DNA from: Eledone cirrhosa
Lineage: Eukaryota
Assembly (NCBI GenBank): GCA_964016885.1
Contig: OZ024740.1
Coordinates: forward strand, 206,026,001 to 206,090,000
Reading direction: 5' to 3'
DNA length: 64,000 nt
Shown here in pieces: positions 38,156-49,896 of the stretch. A model generated the notes under the pieces. The model was not told the DNA's origin and made no database searches. It saw only the letters and a list, made by a program, of their open reading frames with translations. The position numbers and the translations under genes are program-made. The first letter of the stretch is position 1, and each line of letters begins with the position of its first letter.

Positions 38156-40099
38156 GTGAGTATTTCTGTCTCATCTTCCTTAAATATTCCTGCGATTCTA
38201 TTTTTCTTTAGTATTTTAATTTGTTTTCTATTATTTTTCTTTTCACAACAGACTACGACAAGCATTTTAAGGCAATTTTCCCTACTAAAATAAAATTAAC
38301 CCTTTAGTATTACATTACTCTATATTTACTATTGTATTTTTACGGCAAAGGCTTTACTTCACATAATTATCTCATAATATTGAATCTATGAAATTTTGAT
38401 ATTATTTATTTTGAGAACAATACCGTAACATCAGTATGAATGGCCGGTTACGGCCAGTTTGAACAGAAAGAGGTGAGAGAATTTTGGCTGGATATGGACA
38501 GTTTAAATGCTAAAGGGTTAAGCCTTGTTGGCTCTATGATAATCTTCATACTCATCATGGGGTGCTTTTTGAGGCAATGTTTTATTATTGGATGCCCTTT
38601 TGGCACCAGCCTTTTTAGTCACCTCCTATGGCATGCAGAAATATAGTGTATCTATTTTAAAGTGGATTCATGCAGGAATCGTTTTTTAAATAGATTAGTG
38701 TAGAAAAATAGAAACACATACAGATTATTTACAACATATTTTTTAATGTTTCTTTTTCATTGGGAAATAGAAATAATGGGGTCAAAAATATTGGATGATT
38801 TTCTACTGGAAGAATTTTTGAGATTAAACTGAAATAATAATAATAATAATAATAATGGTTTCTGATTTAGGCACAAGGCCAACAATTTAGGAGGCAGAGA
38901 AAGTAGATTAAATCAACCCCAGTACATTACTGGTACTCTTTATTATCAACCCCCATAAGGATGAAAGGCAAAGCTAACCTTGGCGGGATTTGAAATCATA
39001 ACATAAAGGGCTGTAACTCTATAATAATAATAATAGTTCCCCAATATAACGGACAACAAATGCTGAGTGACAAGCAATCACCCCCGTATGTCTGTTGTTT
39101 TTTTACATGTTTAAAATGCTTGTTCTGAAATAATTATTGTTGCAAAGGGAACATAAGGCATCATCCTTTACTTTCAAGAAGTGAGACATCATAATATTTG
39201 GGCCTTTAGTCCAAATACTTAATTTTTATATTCTAAATTTGTGACCCAAAATTTTTTTACAAATGGAAACAAATATCCCCTCAGAACAGAACAGCCAAAA
39301 ATAATTGCAATGTTACCACCACTGCCACCACCACCAATCCCTCTAACAGTATGGCAGACATTACAAATACAGCCACATGATAATAATGATGATTTCTTTA
39401 TTTATTGATATTATCTATTGGCCACTATGGCCTACATATAGGGGACAATACAAAAAGACAAGGACAGTGGGGTTTACAATGAAATGGAGTAAAAAGAAAG
39501 AAGCTGAAGTTAGATGTCAACTTAGCTAGTAGCAATAACAACAGATTTATAATAGCCTACATACATACATATAACAACCGTAACACCCCACTCCATTGTT
39601 ATGGCTACAAAGTTTAACAAAATACAAAAACAGCAACAATAACAGCACTAGCAGCCCAAGTGGCTTCAAAAAGTAGACATCAATTTATTTATAGGAAAGA
39701 TAACCAAAAAAAGAAAGAGAAACAGCCATGAACATCAAACAATTACAATGACAACCATGCTGCCACCACCTCTACCACAGAAGCATTTGAAAAAGTAACA
39801 ATTTAAAAAAAATGATAATAATGACTTTATAAGCCACAGGGCTCACATTAAGAAAACATTAAAGACAGCAAAAAGATCTTTATTGGTAATAATGAGAGTA
39901 TGCATCATACACATTGTCTCAAATCCAGTGATGGTGTCATGTTAAAATCACTGGTGTTAGTGCAACCTTAAATTCCCTAATCTTCTAAATGAGTGCATAA
40001 ATGTTGAACCTAAATAGTTCAAATAATGGCAAAAAAGGAGGCTGGAACTTCATGTGAAGGACTCTCACTTAGCAAGTGCTCCTTGGCCCAGCAGCAGAG

Positions 40100-41480
40100 A
40101 TTTGGCTGTCATCCAAATACTGCTGTTGGAGGAAGAAGGAACAAGGCAAGAACCAACTGGACAAAGGAATTGAATAAAACTAATGAAATGTTATCTGAAA
40201 GGTGATCCCACTAAGAAAGGCTATAGGAAACAAATGCATAAAATCTGGAACAATATTGGTCTATTTAAATTAGGTGAACAAAAACTAGTGGGTCAAGCTC
40301 GTGTAATAAGAACTAATGAATGGATAAGTGAATTGGAATAACTCAGTAGAAAGATTAAGCTGGAAATGGAAAGTGGTGTTGATCAGGCAAATGAACCTGT
40401 ATAAAGCAGAGCGAATCAGGCAAATGGAATGTAAACAAGCAAAAAGAACTGGATTGATAGACAAGGAAATTAATGACTACCTACACTGTTTCATAAGAAG
40501 GGTGATGTTGGTAAAGTGTACTTAAGATCTGAAGGTGGAAGAGGTCTAATCAACATGGAGGACTGTGTTCAAATGGAGAAGTGTTATTAACATAAATATA
40601 TGTCTGAGAGTAACAAGCCAATGCTTGAGGCTGTATTGAAGGAGGAAATAATAGACCAGGGGATGTCCAATAAAGAAGTAACAACAAAGAGGAAGAACAA
40701 CCTGAATGACAAGGCCCTTCATAGCATCATTTTGAATAAAACAGAATTCAGAGATGAAACTGGTTAAAGAAAGGGGACCTTAAGAAAGCCACAGAAGGAA
40801 TGCTACTGGCTGCACAGGAGCAAGCCCTTAGAACGAAGTGGATAAAACATCATATTGACAAGGAGGAGGTTAGCCTGCTCTGTAAGATTTGTGGGGAGAG
40901 AGGGGAAACTGTGGCTCACATTGTATCCAAATGTAAACACCTAGCCCAGACTCATTATAAAGAATGGAAGCATATCATAGGAAATGTGATTCACTGGTAT
41001 TTATGCAAACTGAAGAAATTACCTCATTTTGAGAAGTGGTATAAGCATAAGCCAAAGTCAGGGATAGAAAATGATCATGTGAAGGTGCTGTGGGATTTCA
41101 GAATACAAATGGACAAAGAATTACAACACAATAGGGCTGACCTAGTGGTTTTTGACAAGGAAAATAGATCTTGCTTGATTATAGATGTGGCTTGCCTCTT
41201 TGATGCAAGAGTGTAAGAAAAGGGGAGGGAGAAAATTAACTGATACCAAGATTTATAGTGGAAACTGAAAAAGATTTGAGATTGTCATGAGATGAAGGTA
41301 ATTCCCATCATCATTGAAGCACTGGGTACTATCTTGAAGAGTTTCCAAGGCTGGTTAAAGAACATTAGCCCAGCCCCCTTTTTTGGAACACTCCAGAAGG
41401 CATGCCTACTAGGAACCGCAAAGACCCTCTGATATATCCTGAATATCTGAGGCTGCAACTAACGGCTTGATGTTCATTAG
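40100..41480 (+). mobile_element. R4/Dong-like non-LTR retrotransposon remnant (CCHC knuckle plus restriction-like endonuclease), internally deleted
   Basis: ORF 40800-41216: AAQEQAL.T, CKIC...ETVAHIVSKC, LWDF.IQ.D, NRADLVV, IIDVAC; continued with stops by IPIIIEALG and LQKACLLGTA. Confidence 0.85.
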
Positions 41481-41634
41481 GGCAAATTTTCTTGGTTGAT
41501 ATAAAACCAATGGAGGTTTTGTATCAAAAAGATTAATGATGTGGAAATATTTTTCTTTCATTTTTTTTATTTCAACATTGTCATTGAAAAGAATGCATCT
41601 CCAATATTGTTATATTTCCACTTCCATTTTACAG

Positions 41635-41757
41635 CTTATCCATCATGTTCCTCTTCTGAATTCACCTGCTCTAATGGCCGTTGTATTCCTCTCAACTGGA
41701 CCTGTGACTTTGATGATGATTGCCATGATTATTCCGATGAAGCTAACTGTAAAGATG
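41635..41757 (+). CDS. SORL1: SorLA exon, LA repeat 3 (duplicate copy B1)
   Basis: ttacag/gtaagt; [35 protein letters not shown]; phase 1-1. Confidence 0.93.
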
Positions 41758-42399
41758 GTAAGTTGTTTTAACAACTGCTTTCTCTTCACTTTATCTCATT
41801 GCTAAATTACATAGGAACTTTCCTCTCTTTATAAATGTGAAGTTGCATGATTTTAGTAGTTAGAAAGTTCAGCTCACGATTGTAAGATCAAGAATTCAAT
41901 TCTCAGTGGCGCATTGCACCCTTGAGCAAGAGACTTTATTTCACATTGCTCCAGTACATTTAGCTGGAGAAAAATGAGCTGTGCCTGTAATTCAAATGGG
42001 GAGAACTTTGTCACACAGTATCATACTGAATCTCCCTAGCAATTATGTTAAGGGTACATATCTGTGGAGTACTTAGCCATTTACATGTTAATTTCATGAG
42101 CAGACTGTTCCATTTGATCACATCAACTAGGATATTCATCATTGGAACTAATGGAGGTTCAATGCACGCACACATTTATATATAATCCCTCCTACCAGTC
42201 TTGAAAGCCATGAAAAGAGTCATCAGCACTGCTTTTCCCCCATGTCAACAACACAATAATCATTTTAAGGCTAAAGTAGGGATTAGCTTTGTGAACCCTA
42301 TGACAAGCTTCTCCATTTTGCCCTATCCCCTGCATCCCCATGCACCAACCTCTTAGCTTTCATTTCCCACTCCATTTTTACTCATGTCTTTTTTGGTCT

Positions 42400-43200
42400 T
42401 TCACTTCCTCTGCTTCATTTCAAATTCACTTCCATCACTCCTCTCACCTTGTCACTTTCATAATTCCTCACACATTCCATTTCTATTCACATTAATCACT
42501 AATTCTATTCCCATCACCCAGTCACATTTGTCCTTCTTCAACACATGACTCAACCATCTCATTTCATTTCATTTCACAACATTCATCACTAGCTTTATTC
42601 CCATCATCCTCAGTAATTCTTTGTTTATCTTCACCTCTCTGAGAAATACTCCATTCAGCTACCAAACCATTCTCATATCCATTTCTTCTAGCCTTCTCAG
42701 CTGCTCCACGTTCATCCATATCTCGCTCCCATAAACCATGGCACTTCTTATACCTTTCCCTTCAGTTTTAGTAACAGCCCCTCTTCATTACCATGCTCCT
42801 CAGTTTCCCAAACTTCTTCCATGCATATCTCACTCTAACCACAGCACCATGTCTGATCCACTCTCTTCATTTAACATGTTTGTAAGATAAAACGTTTTCA
42901 TATCTTTCACATTCATACTATTCTCTGGATCCAACTCAACACCCTCTCCACCTGCAGCTCCCTTCATACACACTTTACACATAAATATAGCTGCCACCTT
43001 ATTTAATAGTCCTCTCACACCACTATATTTTTGGTATACACACTCAGTGTATATCATACATTTAATGGATTTCACTCCAACACTCTTCTTGCACACTGCA
43101 CATGCCCACCTCCCTCTTCTCTCCACCTCAGCCCATGCTTTACCACTTTCCATTACCTTCATCTTTCTGATATTCTCTTTCATAACTTTTGCTTCCTTAC
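42400..43200 (-). mobile_element. LINE fragment (RTE-like, with degenerate PHD-type Cys cluster)
   Basis: ORF 42830-43183: WACAVCKKSVGVKSIKC...FMCKVC; downstream YGSE.W and EMDMRMVW-like remnants. Confidence 0.65.
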
Positions 43201-43756
43201 ATTCCTTCCACCTAATCTCCCCATAAAATAGTAAAAGAAAAATGTATAAGGCTATTTATTGCCATCATTATCATCATTTTTTTATGCCTGTTTTTTCATG
43301 CTTACATGGGTTGGACGGGTCTTCTAAGGCACAGCTTTCCTCCACTTGTGTTCCTTTGAGGTTCAATGTATTGAAATCACCTTTCACTATTTTTGCCCAG
43401 ATTTTCCTGAGTCTGCCTCTTCCATGATTTCCTTCCATTTGAAACTCCTAGCACTTCTTTATCCAATAATCATCATTCATGTACAATCTCCTCTCCTGCA
43501 CATTAGATCTGATTCCTCTTATGTCCAGTTTTTCTTTCAACACCTCCATGCTTTGCTGTTCATGCACACTAACATTACATATCGAACATGTTCAGTTCAT
43601 TTCTCTCCAGCCTTCACATCCTCTGCAATCACTGCATACCTCACTATCATGTAACATTGCACTTCACATAGGTATCATACAATCTACTCTTCGCTTGAAG
43701 AAAAAAACAACACATTTTCCTTGAACCAAAATCATATTTTTTTCCTTTCCCTACAG

Positions 43757-43873
43757 AATCTAATCAGTGTTCTGAAGGTAACTTTCATTGTCCTAACATG
43801 CAATGTATTCCACACCATTGGCTCTGTGACCATGAAAATGACTGCAGTGATGGTTCTGATGAGAGAAATTGCA
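43757..43873 (+). CDS. SORL1: SorLA exon, LA repeat 4 (duplicate copy A2)
   Basis: ctacag/gtgagt; CSEGNFHCPNMQCIPHHWLCDHENDCSDGSDERNC; phase 1-1. Confidence 0.93.
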
Positions 43874-44367
43874 GTGAGTATTTTTGTCCCATTTTCCTTA
43901 AATATTCTGCAATGCAGTTTAAATATTCATAGATACTATTTAACCCATTTGATACCAAACCACTTGAAACTGCCCTGGTTCTACAATACAACAGCTGTTT
44001 GTTTTAAAGTATTTATATTTATGTAATAACCGTACATCATAATTTTATGTAAACACCTTTGTTAATATGTTTCAAACACTAACTTTATGAGAAAGTCAGT
44101 CATATTACTATATCCTTCTAGATTCTTGATTATTTTCAAAATTTAACTGTAAATGTGTCTTTCATTAGAAATATGGTAACAAAGGAGTTTTAAAATTCAT
44201 AAATACTTTCTCCTTAAATATTCAGATACAATCTAACTTTTCCCTGAAAATTTTGATTTTTATCTATGTTATTACAATTTTTATTTTCTGAAAGAATTTT
44301 GGTAAAATAAATTGTACCCCACCCCACATACACTATCATGATTATTTACAATTTTATTTAACTCTCT

Positions 44368-44600
44368 GGAGGCATGTGGTCTAGTGGTTAGAGTGTTGAG
44401 CTTATGATCATACAATTGTGGGTTCAATTCCAAGACCATGTAGTGTTGTGTTTTTGAGTATAGCATCATATTTCACATTGCTCCAGCTCACTCAGCTGAA
44501 AGTGAGTACCAGTTACAGCTGGGGTTTAGCCTTGCAAAGAACCACCATCCCACCCTGTCCTCTTAGTCACTTAATGCTCATAAAATTTGGACAACTCCAA
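44368..44600 (+). mobile_element. tRNA-derived SINE family B (tggtctagtggttag...gggttcaattcc...gtccttgagcaagacact...tgagtaccag), representative copy
   Basis: Diverged copies at about 2020-2195 (-), 12690-12950, 13310-13410 (-), 24800-24990, 29750-29940 (-), 29950-30150, 32447-32690, 34375-34615, 41845-42160, 47830-48170 (-) and 49690-49925 (-). Confidence 0.8.
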
Positions 44601-44637
44601 ACATTGTTCAACCTGTGAAAGCAGGGAAACTCTTATT

Positions 44638-45198
44638 TAACTCTTTCAATACCAGTGATATTTTCTTATATTTTACTGCTCCAGGCTGGAATTACATGTT
44701 AAATTTAGAGTTTTTCAAAAAAAAAATGTTAAAAATTAGATGAGATGTAAACAGAATGGTTGACTTAAGAAGCACTGGAAAAATTTGAAATGTGCATGTC
44801 CCAATGCAAATGACCATAATAATAGTTGATCACTATAAATTATAACTGAAAAAATCAGGTTAAGTACTTTTGGAGAAAGAAAAAGGTAGACGGATGCACT
44901 TGTGAAAGATACAGTGTTTGATTCCTTGCAGGCACCTCTATTCCCTTTTTTAATCACCAGGGGCAATCTGCCCAATTTTCTAAACTATTATTTATAGTGA
45001 TTGACTATTATTATAATCATTTGCGTTAGGACATGCACACTTCAAATTTCAAAACAGATATTTTGTTAAAATTTGTTTTAATTACTTTGTCTGGACCTGT
45101 TCTTTACAAACTAAACTAAAATGTCTCACTACATCTTTGGAACTCAAGAGGTGGAAGGTAATTGGTTTACCAGTACATTTTCAATACTCAACGAGTTA
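44638..45198. mobile_element. TTAA-bounded foldback MITE with internal inverted repeats
   Basis: ttaactc...gagttaa ends; about 44780-44850 pairs with about 44975-45050. Confidence 0.6.
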
Positions 45199-45523
45199 AA
45201 AGTGAATGTTTTTCTTTATTGAGTGTTGGTGCCATGAAAAATATACTCTGTACACTCTGTAAGATGGTTAGCATTAAGAAGAGCATCCAGCCATAAAAAC
45301 CATGTCAAATAAGGAACACATGTGCAAGATGGGGTTGCTCTCATCTATCTAGTCTTGGACCGTGAGAACTTGTCCAACCCATGCTAGCATGGAAGACGAA
45401 CACAAAATGATGACGATGATGATTATTATCATTTTCTCTTAGTAATGTGCAAAATAATAAGAATGCTGATAATTCTTTTATCCATCAAAACCTATCTGCT
45501 GTATTTTCATTTCTATCTTCCAG

Positions 45524-45646
45524 CTTACCCATCATGCTCTTCTAATGAGTTTACCTGTGCCAATGGTCGCTGTATCAATTTAAACTGGACGTGTGATTTT
45601 GATGACGATTGCCATGATCACTCTGATGAAATTAACTGTAAAGATA
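45524..45646 (+). CDS. SORL1: SorLA exon, LA repeat 5 (duplicate copy B2)
   Basis: ttccag/gtaagt; [35 protein letters not shown]; phase 1-1. Confidence 0.93.
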
Positions 45647-47129
45647 GTAAGTTAGTTTAAAAATGACTTTCATCGAGAGTACTCTTCAGTTGTGTCAAGG
45701 GTACGACCACTGCTTTAGTGTCGGTGACATGATAAAATGCACCTAGTACACTCTGTAAAGTGGTTGCAGTAGGAAGGGTATCCAGCCAGAGAAAACCTGC
45801 CAAACAAAGGAGTGAAAGGGCTCTTCAGTTGTGTCAGAGGGTATGACGACCTCCCTAGTGCTGGGGCCACAAAAATGCACTTGAGGCACTCTGTTGAGAG
45901 AGAAAGAATGTCATAGCTCCAATTAAGTGCTGACTTCATCAAATCCTTGCTAGCAGGGAGAAAGGATGTTATATGATAATGATGATAATTCCCTATAACC
46001 ATAGATTGATATTTTCAATATGAATTGAAGTTCAAGTATCATTATTATTTGCTTTCATGTTTTATTCTTAAGTCTTTATTACATAATTAAAATATAATTT
46101 TATATGAATAATGCACTGCATGTTAAGACCTTCAACCAGAATGTAGATAATCTGAGAGCAATAAATGGCTCAAAGCTAAATGTAGTTGATAATAAAGCTG
46201 AATTTAGATGATACCGGGTACCTAGTAGGTTGGGTGAGCAGCTGTGATACTGATATTAAAATTAAGAAAGCTCTGGCATGGACAATGAGGCATAAACTGC
46301 AGAAAATATGGAAGTGATGACTGCCAAAATGAATCAAGATATGATTGTTTTTAGCCATTGTTGAGTCATTCTTGTAGGGTAAAACAAACAGAAAAACAGA
46401 AGGTTGCTAGACAAAGGTGCTACATGTGGCCCTTGAGGTGAAGTAGCAGCAGTGATGGCAAACAAATGCCAGTATGGAAACCTTCCAAAGTTAGTGAGAA
46501 GCATATGTTTGTTGAATGCTCAGCCACTTGCATGTTAATTTCACAAACAGGCTGTTTCATTGATCAAACAACTGAAACACTCATCATTAAAACTGACTGT
46601 GGTTCATTCCACATTTCATTCTAGTTTTAACGACCGAAAGAATACGATCACGAATATAAACGGTCGAAATGGGGTTCTTCCAAAGGGTCTTTGAAGTAAC
46701 GTTACGCAATAGAGTGCGTAGCTCAGAGATCAGAGAGTCACTCCAGGTAGAACCACTGCTTCTCCGAATTGAGAGTTCACAGCTCCCAAACTATGGGCAT
46801 GTTGTTAGAATGTCTCAGGAAAAATCGCTGGACAGATTTTACAGGCAAAACCAACTGGCAGGAGACCCAGGGGTAGACCCTGAGCAAGATAGTTGGATAA
46901 CATCCATGAGCTTGGCTGGTCTCACTTGGGATCCAGTTGGAGACAGTTGCTTCTGATGGGACCCACTGGAAGGAATTATTTGAGGACGCAGCCCCACAAC
47001 CCTCTCAGGAATAAATGGGGGGAAAATGAAGAAGCTAAAATAAAAAAAATTTTGTCAGTATTTTTTTAACTTATTGGCAGCATAAATTGTATTCATGTTT
47101 ATGTATTTTGGTTCTTTCCTTCCATTTAG

Positions 47130-47288
47130 TTCACAGAACTACAACTACTGTTTCAACTGCAACTAATTCAAGTTCCTTACCCAGGTGTAATGGTGCAGAG
47201 TTCCAGTGTGATAATGGCTTTTGTATTTTTGCCAATGAACGCTGTGATGGCATCAATGACTGTGATGATAACTCTGATGAAGAAAACT
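47130..47288 (+). CDS. SORL1: SorLA exon, Thr/Ser-rich linker plus LA repeat 6
   Basis: atttag/gtaagt; [52 protein letters not shown]; sixth Cys codon split T|GT with the next exon. Confidence 0.9.
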
Positions 47289-47643
47289 GTAAGTAACAAA
47301 TACTATATAGAACAGATGTTAAAGTTATAAGAATTAAAAACAAATGATACAGTATTTGGTAATCAAACAGAAACAATGTAGGGTCTGATAGGACTCTTCA
47401 ATTCATGTATATATGTCTGGGTCTTTTATTCCATGTCGCTCACAGAACTAAAACTTCTATTTATATATGTCTGGGTCTTTCATTTCATGTAAGCTATAAG
47501 AAAAATTAAACAAAACAAGTTTACATTTTTTTTTATATTTTATGATATTTTGGGGTTAGGACTTGTTTTACAAAAGAAAAGAAATGGTATGTGGAATATT
47601 TTTACCATATTGCTACTGTAACAATTTCATTTATCTCTTGAAG

Positions 47644-47778
47644 GTTTCCTCTCTCCTCCACCGCCAAGCTGTCAAGTTGATGAGTTCTGGTGCACTACTG
47701 ATAGAAAGTGTTTCTTAGCAAGGATGCTGTGTGATGGTCATGTAGACTGTTCTGATGGCAGTGATGAAGAACATTGTT
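47644..47778 (+). CDS. SORL1: SorLA exon, Pro-rich linker plus LA repeat 7
   Basis: ttgaag/gtaagt; FLSPPPPSCQVDEFWCTTDRKCFLARMLCDGHVDCSDGSDEEHC; phase 1-1; absent from the ORF track. Confidence 0.9.
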
Positions 47779-49896
47779 GTAAGTATCATACTTTTCTTCA
47801 ACCACTAACTTTTCACATGGATTAAAAACAGGGTAAAGACCCCCTTCGGTCACAAATGACCATGGGATTGTTTCTTAGAAAGTTCCCTCTCTGTGTCACA
47901 AGTCTAAGCAAGGTTGTTTATGCAAGACCAGCAGTCGCTCATGCATACCAGTCTCCCCTCGTCACACCTCCAATGATGTCCAAGGGAAAGGCAAAGGGTG
48001 ATACAGCTTGGCACAAGTGATGTCAACTTATTTCTACAGCAGAGTAAACTGGAGTAACGTGAAATAAAGTATTTTGCTCAAGAACACAACGCAAAGCTCG
48101 GTCCAAGAATCAAACTCACAACCTCATGATTGTAACCCCGACACTCTAACCACTAAGCCATGCACCTTCACATGGATTATATATATTTTATTCTCTTCTT
48201 TGAATGAGAAAATAGAAACTCAGCCTGTTTATCACTTGAAATGATGAGCATTCAGTTGTTCAATCAAGTGAACATCCAACTCGTGAATGTGTAAGTGGTT
48301 CAATATTCCATAGAAATGCGAACCACTAACATCATTTCTAATCCAAATTAGTGTGATACAATAAGGTCAGAATTACAAGTACAATTTATCCACTTGGTTT
48401 CCACAGAGTCTCTGTCTACCGACTTTCACTCACAAGGCTTGACTCAAGCTATGGCTGTGGTAAAGAACTTGCCCAACATTCCAAGTAGTGGGATCGAACA
48501 CAGGACCTCATGATTGTGAAGTGAACTTCTCAGCTACTCAACCATCTCTGCTGTAAAGACTAGCAGTACTAACAAATGTACAAGTATTTTGTTAGCTTGC
48601 AATACTACATTCAATTCTTCAATGGTAAAAAAGTAGTTTGATAGACTTGCATTCTATCCAGTGAGAGCTTTATCAAAGGGTTAATCTTAAGTTTAGATTT
48701 GTTTAAATAAGTTAATAAGTTACAACTACTATTTAGTTTAAAATGGATTATATGTTCATTTTAAAAGAATCTTGTCATTATGTGACTGAATGCAGATGAA
48801 CTATAATGATAGTGAAAATGCATTCACTGTTCTTACCTTGATGCTGAAGTAGCTTAAAATACTCACAGCAACACTATTCTACATAAATATATTGTATATG
48901 GATCCATGTTGTGTGAGTGTAATCTTTAAGTATAAAGTGTTCACATGTAAATTTATATCTTTTATCATAATTTTATATAAGAAAATTTGGTTTAGTTATA
49001 TTCCAAACATCAGCCTAAAAATGATAAAAAGTTATTTTTGTAAATCCTTCAGAACTTTGATTATTTTAAAAATTACTTAAAAAATCATATGTAGGCAGTG
49101 TATATATTTAGAAATATGCAAATGAAAGAGTTAATGTACACAATACAAAAAATATAGACTATATTTCCTTATTCAACAAATTTTTTCTTCACTCCTTCCA
49201 TACTTCATGTGTAATATTTCCTAATTTTTCAACCCTTCCTCAATCTATTATAACATCCTCTCTTTCTGTAACCATTCCTATAAACCATTAGGGATGTATA
49301 GTAAGTACATAAGTGGAGGTGCAGTTCTAATATTTATATTAATTATGTATAGATTGTATTGTTTAATATAATATATATTTCAATCTCTCTAATATTGAAA
49401 GACAATAACCGAACATGTCTGAGGTATTTGTGAAAATCCTGGGATAGGTTAAAAAGTCAGACAGAGAACAAGTTTGTGATTTCATCAATTTACTTTGACA
49501 TCTGGAAAGCTGAATTGTACCCATCCTTAAATACTAAAAATAAAATAGGAAATGCGGATGAAATTAATGAAACAGTATAAAATTTTGAGAGGAAAATGTA
49601 TTTGAAAAATGATGTTTAATCTTTTATCTAATAAAAAAATAAGTTAGAGATAGTTATAATTTTATGTCCATTGTTCTATATGTTTGAAAAACCCATAGCT
49701 TATCCCAGTTTCATGGATGCTAAATAACTGAGTGTACAGTAATTCTCTGTCTTGATATGATGTCAATCCACCACAGAGTTCACTCTTAGCTGTTGCTGGG
49801 ACACACTCTCAGCTGAGTGAAGTAGAATGTGAAATTAAGTGCCTTCTCAAGAACACAACGTATCTTCCAGTCTGGAAATTGAACCCACAAACGTAG

